Assembly (NCBI GenBank): GCA_951406725.2
Contig: OX597817.1
Coordinates: 97,154,001 to 97,218,000 of the forward strand
Reading direction: 5' to 3'
DNA: 64,000 nt
Source: Octopus vulgaris
Lineage: Eukaryota
Part shown: one piece after another, positions 25,193 through 38,402 of the stretch
Layout: every line of letters begins with the position of its first letter
How positions within the stretch are numbered: the first letter of the stretch is position 1
Position numbers and translations under genes: made by a program
The notes under the pieces: model-generated
What the model was told of the DNA's origin: nothing
Database searches by the model: none
What the model saw: the letters and a program-made list of their open reading frames with translations, nothing else

Positions 25193-25492
25193 CAACATTC
25201 TTAAGTACGAAATAACCCGGCTATAGAAAATGAAAACGGTAAAGATAGCATCAATTATTGTTGGGTCCTCGAGAACAGTATCAGAAGTCATCAAAAGGGA
25301 TATAAAGAAAATTGGAATAGAGTACCCAGTAGAACTGTAACAAAGGATTTGCCTCCTTGGCACGGTCAGCATAATCAGGAAAGTATTAGATAGCTGAAAA
25401 GAACGAATAGCATGGTACCGTAAGCTGCAGGAAATAAGCCTGCTACGCATGCAAGACTCCAGGAACCCCAACAAAACCTGTGATAAAGAGAT
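24567..25492 (+). mobile_element. R4/Dong family B 3' fragment
   Basis: LKRETESTILVAQDQ..CRIY..RHDQVA..DRPDL. Internal (GATA)n. Confidence 0.85.
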
Positions 25493-25511
25493 AATAATGA
25501 TGATGAAGATA

Positions 25512-25587
<76 letters not shown>

Positions 25588-26148
25588 GCTAAACAGAAAA
25601 GAAATAGACAAAGCAAAATCCCAACAAAGGATGAGAAGCTGAGGACAGCTTAGAGACTGAGGGATTTTTAATTGCAGCACAAAATCAAAGCCTTCCCACC
25701 AGAAATCAACAAAAACACGCAATGAAAAGAAATACAAGTAACTGCAGAATATGTTGTGATGGAGAAGAAACAATAAATCATATTGTCTCTGGCTGCTCAG
25801 TCCTAGCTAAGAAGAAATATATTCACAAACTCGACAGAGTTGAAACCTATATATACTGGAAGCTATGCCAATACTATGGAATAACAACAGAAAAATGATG
25901 GTATAGGCTCACGCCAGAAGAGGTCACAGAAAATGAGAAGGCAACCATACTCTAGGATACACCAATACACACAGATAGAGAAATTAAGGTCAATAGGCCG
26001 GATATAGTTGTCAGAGATCACCAAGAAAAAATGCTTTCAAATCGAAGTATCAATATCAACAAATGACAATGTTTCTCTAAAAGAAACGGAAAAACGTTTA
26101 AAATATAACGATCTGGAAATAGAGGTAACTCGAATGTAGAGACTGACT

Positions 26149-27035
26149 GAATCTTTACCTTTTGACCGGCAGATTTAGAAAATAGTTTTTTGTGATTAAA
26201 CACTTTCAGACTTCGTATACTGGTAGAATGTGTCATATAAAACATCTTTTATTCTTAGCGTTTTTGAGAAGAGTTTATGTTTACGAAGTTATTTCGTGTT
26301 AAAGTTCTCGTATTTCGGTAATTTCAACCAATCAATGACGTGTATTCAGCAGAATAAAATTACTTCTGTTGTTTGTTAACAACAACTTCCGGTGGTGTAT
26401 ATTTCGTTTGTCATTGTTATTTATGACATATTTAATCTCAGTTATGTTTGTATGAATAAATGAGTGTCTGAAGCATGTTTACTTCATGGCACCACCATAA
26501 TCGTTTGTGCATTTCTATTGCTTTTAGGTTTTTTTTTCCTGTTTTTCAGCTACTATTTTCGGAAAGTCTTTTTGCCCCCCCATTCCCCATACGCCTCCAA
26601 TTTCTTCATTTTTCATTTTTTTCCCTAACTCTAACCATAAAACCCCAACCCTAACCCTAACCCTAAAACCTTAACCCTAACCCTAACCTTAAAACCCTAA
26701 CCCTAACCCTAACCCTAAAACCTTAAAGCTAAAATCAGTACAAACGTACGAACGATGTCATAAATAACAGTGACAAACGAAACATACACCGCCAATAGAT
26801 ATTGTTGACAAACAATAGCAGTAATTTCATTCAGCTGAATACACGTCATTGATTGGTTGAAATTACCGAAATACGAGATTTTTAACACGAAATACCTTCG
26901 TAAACATCAACTTTTCTCAAAAGCGCTAAGTGTAAAAGATGTTTTATATGACACATTCTACCAGTATAAGAAGTTTGAAAGTGTTTAGTTACAAAAAATT
27001 ATTTTCTAAATCTGCCGGTCTAAAGGTAAAGATCC
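26149..27035. mobile_element. Non-autonomous foldback DNA transposon with ~280-bp TIRs and internal telomeric repeats
   Basis: 26149-26429 is the imperfect inverse of 26755-27035. Possible degraded 8-bp TSD TAGAGACT/TGGAGCCT. Confidence 0.88.
26623..26726 (-). repeat. Interstitial degenerate (TTAGGG)n telomeric repeats
   Basis: CCCTAACCCTAACCCTAAAACCTTAA units on the + strand. Confidence 0.85.
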
Positions 27036-27400
27036 TGGAGCCTAAAAACAGAAACAATTCCTATCATAGTAGGTGCATTAGGTATGAAAAAACAACAACA
27101 TTCAAACAAATACATAAAAAAACAAGACTTATAAGTATATATAACATAGAGAAAATAGCGCTACTAGGTACAGCACACATCTTACATAAAACACTTTCAA
27201 AACAGTGAATATAAGAGCACCACAACAAACCACAGCACTTACCCAAGGCACACATAGTTTTGTAGTGCAGTGAAAGCACGTGATAAAAATAAGACTACTG
27301 AATAATAACAACAACAACGACAACAATAATAATAATTAATTCTTTTTATTGGCCACAAAGGGCTGACAAATATGATTAGAAAACATAAAGGGACAAAACA

Positions 27401-27975
27401 TATTACCAGTCAATACACGCCACTAGCCCAGAAAGAATATAAGAGACGTCATGACTGTATTGCAAGGATTGTCTATTGGACACTTTACAGCAAGTATGGA
27501 CTTGTCAGAGCAAAAGAGTGGTACGAACATAAACCCGAAGGCATCATCGAAAATGATAATGTAATGATCCTATGGGATTTTATGATTCAGTGCGATCATG
27601 AGATAGTGAATAGGGGAACCAGACATTGTCTTAATTGAGAAAGAAAGCAAACGATGCTGGATCGTAGATATATTATGCCCAGCTGACATCAAGGTATGCG
27701 ATAATGAAGAAAGAAAAGTCGATAGATATGACAGGTAGCTTGGGAGGTTAAGCAGTTGTGATCGCTGAAAAATGTGGTAGTAGTACCAATAATTGTCGGA
27801 GCCCTGAGAACAATGAGTAAAAATCTAGATAAGTACATGGAACAAGTAGGGGCTGGAATAAGGGTGGAGTATTTGCAGAAAACAGCACTGCTTGGAACCG
27901 CCCGAATACTCCGGATGGTGCTGGAAAAATAAGAAGTATTACCTTAGTTCACAGTGTTAGATGCTGTGCAAAGAT
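27401..27975 (+). mobile_element. R4/Dong family C 3' fragment
   Basis: LAQKEYKRRHDCIARIVYW..ILWDFMIQCD..QKTALLGT. Similar to 35580-36522. Confidence 0.85.
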
Positions 27976-28028
27976 AATAACACAATAATAATAATAACAA
28001 TAACAATAAAAATATTAATGATAATCAA

Positions 28029-28066
<38 letters not shown>

Positions 28067-28085
28067 TGATGATGATGATAATAGT

Positions 28086-29068
28086 TTCTAGGACTGTATC
28101 AAAGCAGAGAAAAACAGTGTAGGGTGGTATATAAAAAATGGCGTGGAGCCACTGCTGAAACACATGAAGAAAGCCAGCGTCATCAAAACTGAAAATTCTG
28201 TAACAAAAGAAAAATTTAAACAAGAAATGAACAAAAAATAAAGAGGAAGAAAAAGCATGGAAGAAAAAGAAAATGTACGGTCAGTTTGCAAGAGATGTGA
28301 ACGCCAAGACAGTTATAGAGGACCGCTGGTTATGGACGAGGAGGAGTGACCTGAAGATAGAAACAGAAGCACTCATGTGCGCAGCTCAGGAACAAGCGTT
28401 ATGAAATGCGGAATAGACTACACTACCGATAGCGACAAACGCAGAATGTGTGGTGAAGGGGGGGTATGGCCCGAAATTGGCACAACGCGAATACAAAAGA
28501 CGCCATTACAAAGTGGCAAGAACGATCCATTGGGAGCTCTGTGGAAATCATGGCCTACAAAGAGCAAATACGTGGTATGAGCAAACTCCAGATGGAGTCA
28601 CCGAAAATGAGAATTGTAAAATCCTGTGGGATGCAATGATCCATTGCGATCACCCGATCAGACATCGGAAACCGGGCATTGTTGTGGTGAATAAAAAAGA
28701 AAGAACATGTATAATAAACGACATAGCATATCCCGGTGACAACAAGATCAATGTGAAAGAAGGAAAAATAAATAACTACGGCGATTTGAAATGGGAAATA
28801 CGAAGGTTGTGGACAATGATGAGATTAGACGTGATACTAATAGTAATTGGTGCACTTACAAGTATTAGCACTCTGCTACTAGCATGGCTAAAAAAGAGTG
28901 GTGCAAGTGTACAGGTAGAACACCTACAAAAATCAGCATTGCTTGGAACTGCAAGAATTCTCCTCAGGCTTCTCGAAGCATGACCAGTAAACAAATGTCA
29001 CCTTAGTCTGCTAGCTGTGGATAGCTGACACTTTCCATCATACCCAGTAAAACAAGCTGTGAGTTTTC

Positions 29069-29070
<2 letters not shown>
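28086..29070 (+). mobile_element. R4/Dong family D 3' fragment
   Basis: LAQREYKRRHYKVARTIHWELC..ILWD..QKSALLGTARIL. Confidence 0.85.
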
Positions 29071-29125
<55 letters not shown>

Positions 29126-29130
29126 TGATG

Positions 29131-29170
<40 letters not shown>

Positions 29171-29171
<1 letters not shown>

Positions 29172-29538
29172 TGATGTATCAATACCGGCAGATGACAACG
29201 TGTCTCTAAAAGAAATGGAGAAACTCTCAAAATACAAAGACCTGGAAATAGAGGTAACTCGAATGTGGAATCTGAAAACAGAAACAATTCCTATCATAGT
29301 AGGTGCATTAGACATGATAAAAAAATATTCAGACAAATACATAACAAAAACACCAGGACTTACAAACACATATAACATACAGAAAATTGCACTACTAGGC
29401 ACTGCACACATCCTACGCAGAACACTTTCCATACAATAACCATCAGAGCATCACAACAAATCACAGCACATACCCAAGGCACACAGAGCTGCGCTCGGTA
29501 GTGAAGTGAAAGCACGCTATAAAAATAAAACTACTGAA
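29171..29538 (+). mobile_element. R4/Dong family A short 3' end
   Basis: IDVSIPADDNVSLKEMEKLSKYKDL..RRTLSIQ* plus 3'UTR. Confidence 0.9.
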
Positions 29539-29539
29539 C

Positions 29540-29590
<51 letters not shown>

Positions 29591-30756
29591 GAAATGTATG
29601 GAAATGTGTAAAAACTTTTTTCTGTAAGTATGAGATCATGGAAAACCACACTGACTTTGAACAGCGATTGAATCTCTAAATGCTGGAGATGTAAAAATTT
29701 CATGTAGCATTTCCCAGGGTGACTCACTATCACCACTCCTCTTTTGTCTAGCCTTAATACCTCTCTCAAAATTGCTCAATGATTCACAGTACGGTTATAA
29801 AATGTTTGATAAAAGTATAAATCATCTCATTTACATGGATGATTTAAAGCTCTTTGCAAAAAATGACCAACAAGTCAAGGGCTTAATAGCGATAGTTAAA
29901 CAATTCAGTGATGATATCAGGATGCAATTTGGCCTTGATAAATGAGCAAAAGCTACCTTTATCAAAGGAAAAATGACAGAAACATCTAACGTTAACCTTG
30001 ACCAGCAGAATGTCATGAAAGAGTTAGAACCAGCGGAGAATAACAAATACCTAGGGGTACTTGAAGGGAACAGAATCAGGCATTAAGTGATGAGGGAAAG
30101 GATCAGAAGAGAATGTTATCACAATACTCAAAACAGAGCTGAATGCAATAAACAGGATCGGAGTGATCAATGCTTTAGCCATACCTGTCGTGACTTACAG
30201 TTTCAATATCGTTAACTGGTCAATTACTGAAATATATAATCTTGACAGAAAAATACGAAGCCTGTTGACAATGCATAGAATGCACCACCCTAAGGTAGAT
30301 GTAGAATGACTTTATCTGCCAAGAAAAGTGGGAGGCCGTGGATTTTTACAACTGGCATTAACAATGAAGATTGCCACAATTGACCTAGACACCTAACTGA
30401 AAAACTCTGAGGACTGGATGCAAAAACTTGTTTCAAAACATGAAAACAAGAAAACATCATACTCAGTAACAAAACGGGCAAAGGAATATCTAAGTGAATT
30501 CCAAATACAGCAAATTCCGGAATTAGACATACTAGAAACAAGCGTAGAAAAACTAAGCGCATGAAAACCCGTGCTAAAACTGCTGCCTTAGATATCCTGA
30601 CTGATAAATGGCAAGAAAACCTCTCAATGGCAAATACCCAAAAAGAGCGAATAATGCCGATGTTGACAAAGCCATTACCTATCAATGAATAATAGCCTCT
30701 GGCTTAAAATCTGAAGCAGAAGGATTTATCATAACACCCCAAGATCAATGCCTACC

Positions 30757-31034
30757 TGTGGGATGACGTCAGCAGCTGGGGAGCTGACCGGAACTTGGGG
30801 CTGACCGGAAGGGGCAGCAGTGACGCGCGCGCAGCGAGGGCAGGATTCCGCCTTTTCGGGGCAGGTCGCCGAGCGGGTAAGACGGCGTCAGCACGTTGTT
30901 AAGGTTTGGAGAAGCAGCTGCTATTTCTAACATTCGGGTCGGGCTGTGTTGAAGGATCCATTACCGTTGAAGGGTCTCCGTCTGAGCGAAGAGAAGGTAG
31001 GTGCCTTTATTTCGAATCTCTCGCATACACCACA
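30757..31034 (+). repeat. 5' LTR
   Basis: TGTGGG...CACCACA, near-identical to 33295-33572. Confidence 0.93.
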
Positions 31035-31069
31035 AGCTATTTCGGCACTCCATATAAGACGTCACCACG

Positions 31070-31835
31070 ATGGCAGCGAAAATCAGGATCGCCAGCGACA
31101 TCATCAGACCCTTTAATGGTGAAGGCGATGTAGAGGCCTGGATGCGTAAAATCAGGCTGGTGGCAAGACTGCAAGGTATAAGCGATGTGGAAAGTCTTAT
31201 GGCGCTGTATTTGGAAGGGAGCGCGTTGACGCTATATCTTGAGATGGACGAGAAAGAACGACTGAGCGAGGAAAAGATAGAGCAACGTCTGAGGGATGCC
31301 TACACAGAGTGTGAATACACATCTTTTTCTAAGCTGGGTACGATTAGATGGACGGGAGGACAGGCGGACGAACACACGGCAGAAGTTCGAAGGTTAGCGA
31401 CGCTGGCTGGGTTTACAGGAGAAGGGCTGGAGAGAGCAGCGCGTCTGGCGTTCGTAAATGGGTTCCCCGACGATGTAGGGATTCACCTACAACGATTGCC
31501 CGGGATTAAAAAGATGGCGCTGAGCGAACTTGTGACTCAGGACAGCGTGTAGACGCAACACTCTTGGGCGGAAGGCGATAGCGATGGCGGTGACGGAGGT
31601 ACGTAAAGACGGACGACGACCGGAGAAAGAGGTACAGAAGCCTACCATGCAACGACAGCGGCCGTTCTCAGGTCGGTGTTTTAGATGTCAGGGACCGCAC
31701 ATGGCGCGGGAGTGTACGCAACCGGGGCCCGTTTGCTATCGATGCAGGCAGACAGGACACATCGCCCGTGATTGCGATCAGGGAAACGACCGCGGGGAAG
31801 TTGTTGCCTCTCGAACTTTCCCCGCAAATGAGTAG
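31070..31835 (+). pseudogene. gag: Gypsy gag (frameshifted near 31550)
   Basis: PFNGEGDVEAW..LYLEGSA; CFRCQGPHMAREC; CYRCRQTGHIARDC. Confidence 0.85.
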
Positions 31836-31843
31836 AGGCGCTA

Positions 31844-33050
31844 TTGGAGACGCTGCCATTAATTGACGTGGAGGCCGAGGGGAAGACGTTCAAGGCCCTC
31901 GTGGATACGGGCTGCACGACCACCCTTGTGACTTCAAGGGTGACGAAGAAATGGAACGGGGCAAGTAGCGTCCGGGCGGTCGACGGCAGCGAAATCCGTT
32001 GCAGAGGCAGCAGTAAGGTAGAGATAGTGGTGCGCGGGGCGACGCTAAGGCTGCAGGTAATTGTGGCTGAACGCGTGATAGATGGGGTTGATGTGGTGAT
32101 GGGGATGGACGCCATCAACCGCCTCGGTGGCGTCAGCATTGTCGGAGATGAGGTCACGTTCGGAAGCGCGTGGGCGTCGTGCACAGCGAGTCAGGATCGC
32201 CAGAGAGAGCAGAGCCCCGCGAGGGACTGCGCCGCTTACACCATCGAGGGCAAAGATTTTCAGGCGGCGTTCGATTTTCAGCGGTAGACGATAGAGTGGC
32301 GATGGAAGTACGAGCCTCCGATGCTGAAAAACAGAGTGAGCTGTTACCAGCATACCCTGAAAGGCCACGCCAGGGTCGAGTTTGAACATGAGGTGGAGAG
32401 GTGGGTCGAGGAAGGAGTCCTTGTCCCTTGGGAGGAGGTAGCGGGCGGAGTGCTATCCCTGATGGCGGTGGTGCAGCCTACGAAGGGAAAAGTCAAACCG
32501 GTGCTGGACTTCAGGGAGCTAAACCAGCATATATCGTGACATACGGGAGGTGAGGCGACGGACGTTTGTGACGAGACGTTACGTGCGTGGAGACAGTCGA
32601 CCAAGGTAGCGACGATTGTCGACTTGAAATCGGCGTACTTGCAGCTCCATGTGAGCGACAAACTGTGGCGATATCAGCTGGTGCGGTACAAAGGCCGGAC
32701 GTACTGTTTAACCAGGCTGGGTTTCGGGCTGAATTCCGCTCCGAAGATCATGGCGGCAGTGCTTAAGTCCGTCCTAGGGAAAGACGGCAAGATTAGAAAG
32801 GTCACCATTGACGACATTTTGGTGGACGAAACTGTAGTGCCAGCCAACGAGATAATTAGACATCTGGAGAAGTTCGGACTGATTGCGAAGCCACCGGAGT
32901 CGATGGAAGGGGGAGCCGCGCTGGGGCTGTAGCTGCGAAGAGATAGATCGGGTGAGTTGGTGTTCCGGAGAGGGAATGAAATCCCAGAGCTGAGTTCCAG
33001 CGTCAGCAGGAGAGAGCTGTTCTCGGTGTGTGGGAAGTTAGTCGGTGACG
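31844..33050 (+). pseudogene. pol: Gypsy pol fragment (aspartic protease + RT); RNase H and integrase mostly deleted
   Basis: ALVDTGCTTT, VVMGMD, PVLDFRELN, DLKSAYLQ, RLGFGLNSAP, IDDILV. Confidence 0.85.
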
Positions 33051-33294
33051 GCGGTCAATTCCAGAAACAACGTCTCTGTGGATGGAATGCCGCGACACGT
33101 CTTGGACCTTCGCAGGATTGTCGTTTCGACGGACGATGATTGTGGATAGGGGGAGAACGAGGTGCCCAGCTTGAGAAGATCTCGACGCGCAAGGCGCCCT
33201 CCCGGTTGGATGGTGGACTTCAATGAATGATGGCCTCTGGCTTAAAATCTGAAGCAGAAGGATTTATCATAACACCCCAAGATCAATGCCTACC

Positions 33295-33572
33295 TGTGGG
33301 ATGACGTCAGCAGCTGGGGAGCTGACCGGAACTTGGGGCTAACCGGAAGGGGCAGCAGTGACGCGCGCGCAGCGAGGGCAGGATTCCGCCTTTTCGAGGC
33401 AGGTCGCCGAGCGGGTAAGACGGCGTCAGCACGTTGTTAAGGTTTGGAGAAGCAGCTGCTATTTCTAGCGTTCGGGTCGGGCTGTGTTGAAGGATCCATT
33501 ACCGCTGAAGGGTCTCCGCCTGAGCGAAGAGTAGGTAGGTGCCTTTATTTCGAATCTCTCGCGTACACCACA
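33295..33572 (+). repeat. 3' LTR (preceded by duplicated host flank instead of a PPT)
   Basis: Matches the 5' LTR with a few substitutions. Confidence 0.93.
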
Positions 33573-34366
33573 CTACCTACAAGGAACTACCAGGCCAACA
33601 TATTAAAGAACGGCAGTAGCCCAACATGTCGTGTATGTCAACAACAAAATAAAACCATTGATCATTTTTTTCCATATGCAGTCTTCTTGCGCCTAGAGAA
33701 TATCACAACAGGCATGATAGAGCTGCGCAATATATTCACTGCGTAATTTGCAAAAGCCTGGACTTGGCCCATGATAAAAACTGGTGGGAACAGAAACCAC
33801 CTCCAGTGCTTGAAAATGATTACATCTCATTCCTCTGGAACTTCACATTCAAACTGGCAGAAAGATAGATGCAAATAGGCCAGAATCATATTGAAACACT
33901 TCAGACAAAAACCATGCTTCCTCATTTATATGACTGTCCCAATCGATATAAACGTATCTGTCAAGACCTACCAAAAATCTGAGCAAATATAAAGATCTTA
34001 AAATAGAAATTAGCAAAATGTGGAACCTGAAGACTAAAACAATACTTGATGTCATAGATGTCCTGGGAATGATAGCAAAAGGGGCTGATTGCTAACTAGC
34101 TCAGATACCAGGAAACCCCAAAATGGCAGAAATCCAAAAGATGGTACTCATGGGAACTGTCCACATCCTACGCAAAATACTTTCCATGTAATATCAAATT
34201 TTAAAACAAACACAATTTTCTTATGGTGTCTCTAGAACAACACTATGTACAAAACCAAATATATGGCACCCTATGCACAACACCAACATGAACTTCCATC
34301 TTGTCTCTTGAGGTCTCTGGGTGAAACTTGGAGCCAACTTGTACAAATGTAAAGCAAAAGTCAAAC

Positions 34367-34429
<63 letters not shown>

Positions 34430-34449
34430 TAATAATAATAATAGTGATT

Positions 34450-34920
34450 TCATTTATTTGTCACAAGGGCGAAGGATGAGAGAGTCAATACAGACAGACA
34501 TAAAGTGTGGGAGTTTATATATGAAATGACAAAAAAAAAAGGAAAGAAAGGAAGTAAGTATACATGGTATACACTGAAAAAGAAGAGACATATGCATATC
34601 ATAAAAAAAGTTTTAAAAAATAGTGGCGGGAAGGATGATAGAGATGTGATCCTCCTGACACTGGAAGGCCTATAGAGATAATCGAGGAACTCTACTGTCC
34701 GAAATTTCTCTGAAACCCCAAGAGCAAGTGTCCTCTCCAATTCCTTCTCTTCGACTCACAGGTCTACACTTAGAGAGGTACCATCCGCTCTTGCCATTTT
34801 CACAACTTTCATCCAACTTTTAGTAAACTCACTGCTCTCTCCACTTTCAATTTCCTTTTTAAGTGATGAGAGGTCAACCAAAGAGGAATGTATCTGTCCT
34901 TATGCCTTGTTCACCAAACA
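34450..34920 (-). mobile_element. Tx1-like 3' terminal fragment
   Basis: Minus strand ..LKRKLKVE..FTKSWMKVVKMAR resembles the end of ORF2 at 16449-16560. Followed by 3'UTR with AATAAA. Confidence 0.55.
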
Positions 34921-34963
34921 ACCCCTTTCGCCACAGCCACCGATAATAATAATAATAATAATG

Positions 34964-35011
<48 letters not shown>

Positions 35012-35027
35012 TTAATAATAATAATAT

Positions 35028-35560
35028 TTGCCCTGATGTAGTACCACACAATGGCTCTCATGACTTCTGATCTTTACTGATTGGAAGTGTTATCTTGTAC
35101 ATTGTTTTGCCTTGCAAATATTCTGCTCAATACCACAGATTTGCTTGTCAATTGTTTGACCATAACCAGTTGAGCATGTCCCTTAGTGGCTGACGATATG
35201 TGCATCTCTGATCATGAGCAGAAGTAGTGGGGGAGCATCATAGCCGTGTGTTGAAAGGAATTCTTAGAGGTTTGGATAATACACCTTTGGAAACATGGGT
35301 GTTTTGTTCAACATCCTTAAACAATCCTCATTCAGAGACCTTTGAGCGGGATGGGCTACTCAACCCGAAGAAAATTCTAACTGGGCCCCACCTGCAAGGT
35401 CATGCGCTGTTTATCTTGATATGAGATCAAGTCACGCACATATGGTTGTGATGCATATGCCTGGTGTACCCTATTCAGACGGGTAGTTATGATGGGTATA
35501 CTGGGCTTCGAATATTTTACCCGAGTGTCACTTTGATGGCATGCACTGATCTCTCACGCA
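35028..35560. mobile_element. 555-bp non-coding element, copy 2
   Basis: Colinear with the other copies; (TAA)n on both sides. Confidence 0.85.
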
Positions 35561-35579
35561 ATAATAATATTAATAATAA

Positions 35580-36522
35580 TTGCTTTCTTTGCAACGAGGC
35601 GCTGTTATTAACTTTATTATTGGAAGTAAGGACAGGCTTGTATAGGATGAAAGATTGCAAAGATAAAACACTGTACAAGAATTTGAGAATGAATGAAACT
35701 GAAAATAGGTGGATAAAGAAAAGAATGCATGGACAATTTTATAGGGATGTTGAAGATAAGACAGACAGAAAAAAAGATGGCTACGAATGATTTAAAACCG
35801 GAAACGGAGGTTTTAATCTAAGCTGCCCTAGAACAAGCATTAAGAACGAATTACATCAAATATAGAATAGACAACACATCAGAAAGTGATAATTGCAGAA
35901 TTTTTGGACAAAATGGTGAAACCGTATGGCATATTACCAGTCAGTGCATGCCACTAGCTCGAGACATCTTGACAATATAGCAAGGATTGTCCATTGCACA
36001 CTTCGCAACAAGTATGGACCTGATCTTAAGTGGTACGATCTTAAACCCGAAGGCATCATCGAAAATGATAATGTAATGATCGATGGGATTTTATGATTCA
36101 GTGCGACCATAAGATAGAGAATAGGAAACAAGGCATTGTTTTAATTGAGAAAGAAATCAAACGATGCTGGGTCATAGATATAGTATGCTATATCTATATG
36201 CGATAACAAAGATATGCGATACTGAAGAAAGAAAAGTCGAGAGATATAACAGGTTAGCTTGGGAGGTTAAGCAGTTGTGGTCACTGAAAAACGTGGTAGT
36301 AGTACCAATAATTGTCGGAGCCCTGGATTTGTGAGTAAAAATCTTGAGAAGTGCGTGGAACAAATAGGGGCTGGAATAAGCGTGGAGCACTTGCAGAAAA
36401 CAGCACTGCTTGGACCGCTCGAATATTCCGGAAGGTGCTGGAAAAATAAGAGGTGTTACCTTAGTTCACTTGTGAACAGCTGAGACTGTAGTACATCTGC
36501 AGCATTAGAAGCTGTGCAAAGG
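35580..36522 (+). mobile_element. R4/Dong family C 3' fragment
   Basis: RWIKKRMHGQFYR..LKPETE..VEHLQKTALLG. Confidence 0.85.
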
Positions 36523-36539
36523 CAATAATAATAATAATG

Positions 36540-36630
<91 letters not shown>

Positions 36631-36649
36631 CAACAACAACAACAACAAC

Positions 36650-36705
<56 letters not shown>

Positions 36706-36706
<1 letters not shown>

Positions 36707-37348
36707 TGGGTAATTTGCAAAAGCCTGTACTTACCCCATGATAAAAACTGGTGGGAACAGAAACCACCCCCAGTGCTAGAAAATGATCACATCTCACTCC
36801 TCTGGAACTTCACCATTCAAACTGATAGAAAGATAGATGCGAATAGGCCAGAATCATATTGAAACACTTCAGACAAAAATCATGCCTCCTCATTGATATG
36901 ACTGTCCCAATCGATATAAACGTATCTGTCAAGACCTACCAAAAATCTGAGCAAATATAAAGATCTTAAAATAGAAATCAGCAAAATGTGGAACCTGAAG
37001 TCTAAAACAATACTTGATGTCATAGGTGCTCTGAAAATGATAGCAAAAGGGGCTGATTGCTACCTGACTCAGATACCAGGAAACCCCAAAATGGTAGAAA
37101 TTCAAAAGATAGTACTCATGGGAACTGCCCATATCCTACGCACAATACTTTCCATGTAATTTCAAGTTTTAAAACAAACACAATATTCTTATGTTTTTTA
37201 AAAACATTCACTAGTACAGCACTAAATACAAAACCAAATATATGGCACGCTATGCACAACACCAACATGAACTTCCATCTTGTCTCTTGAGGTCTCTGGG
37301 TGAAACTTGGAGCAAACTTGTACAAATGTAAAGCAAAAGTCAAACATA

Positions 37349-37349
<1 letters not shown>
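36706..37349 (+). mobile_element. R4/Dong family E 3' fragment
   Basis: Near-identical to 33740-34370. Confidence 0.88.
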
Positions 37350-37411
<62 letters not shown>

Positions 37412-37431
37412 TGATGGTGATGATGATGATG

Positions 37432-37465
<34 letters not shown>

Positions 37466-37520
37466 TCATAATAATAATAATAATGATGATCATAATAATA
37501 ATAATAATAATAATAATAAT

Positions 37521-38402
37521 TAAAAAATAGAAAAAAGAGAAGAGATCTGTGGATTCTTAACTAAATTAGTAGACAATCGACACTACTAAGTAACAAGAAG
37601 AAAACAAAAATACTGTGCAAATACAACATCACAGAAAAAGATTTACCCGAGATAAAAGAAAAGCTAAAGCAAGATATCCTTGCCAAAGCACAAAGGATCC
37701 GCTAGTATGAGAAACGCCAACGTTTCTTTGAACAAAACAAACAGTTCAACTCCAACCCCCAAAAATTCTACCAAGAACTTGGCAAAAATAAAACAGACAT
37801 CACTGCAGCACCAACGGCAGAAGTGGAAGAATTTTGGAAAGAAATATGGTCGGCGAATGAACATCCTCAGAAAAAGATTATTAAAACAACGAACTTAGCA
37901 CCTGGGCAACTCTGGACCCCTATAACAACTGAAGAGGTCACCCAGGCACTGCAAAGACTAAGCAACTGGAAGGCACCTGGGCACGACAAGATCCCCAACT
38001 TCTGGTTAAAATATCTGACAGGAATACACAAAAAGCTGGCTGAAAACTTTAACGACATACTAGCAGAGCCAGAGACAATGCCTGAATGTTTCACGAAAGG
38101 GAAAACTATTTTAATTCTCAAATCCAATAAAACGACTACACCACAAAACTACATACCTATAACCTGTCTCCCTACAATGTACAAAGCCTTTGCTGCAATA
38201 ATATCGCAAAGATTGAGCAAGCATCTGGAAGAAAAGAACCTATTTTCAGAAGAGCATTGCACTACTGGACACTGCACACACCCTACGCAAAACATTCTCA
38301 ATACAGTAACCATAAGAGCATCACAACAAACCACAGCACATACCCAAGGCATACAGAGCTGCGCTCCGTAGTGAAGTGAAACACGATATAAAAATAAAAC
38401 TA

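Larger units (their letters stand above)
25588..27300 (+). mobile_element. Diverged R4/Dong family A-like 3' fragment, interrupted by a foldback element
   Basis: Colinear with family A on both sides of 26149-27035. Confidence 0.85.
30757..33572 (+). mobile_element. Ty3/Gypsy LTR retrotransposon, internally deleted, 5-bp TSD CTACC
   Basis: Two 278-bp TG..CA LTRs, gag with two CCHC knuckles, protease LVDTGC, partial RT. CTACC at 30752-30756 and 33573-33577. Confidence 0.93.
29590..34370 (+). mobile_element. R4/Dong family E (RT to 3' end), interrupted by a Gypsy element
   Basis: GDSLSPLLF, HLIYMDDLKLFA, MHHPK..GGRG. Resumes after the TSD at 33573 with PTRNYQ..CRVC. Confidence 0.88.

Noticed and set aside
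26623-26726. True chromosome end or telomere fusion
   Set aside because: Short, degenerate, single orientation and enclosed by TIRs within a LINE.
26018-27208. Two similar ORFs starting MFYMTHSTSIRSLK on opposite strands
   Set aside because: A by-product of the foldback element's TIRs.
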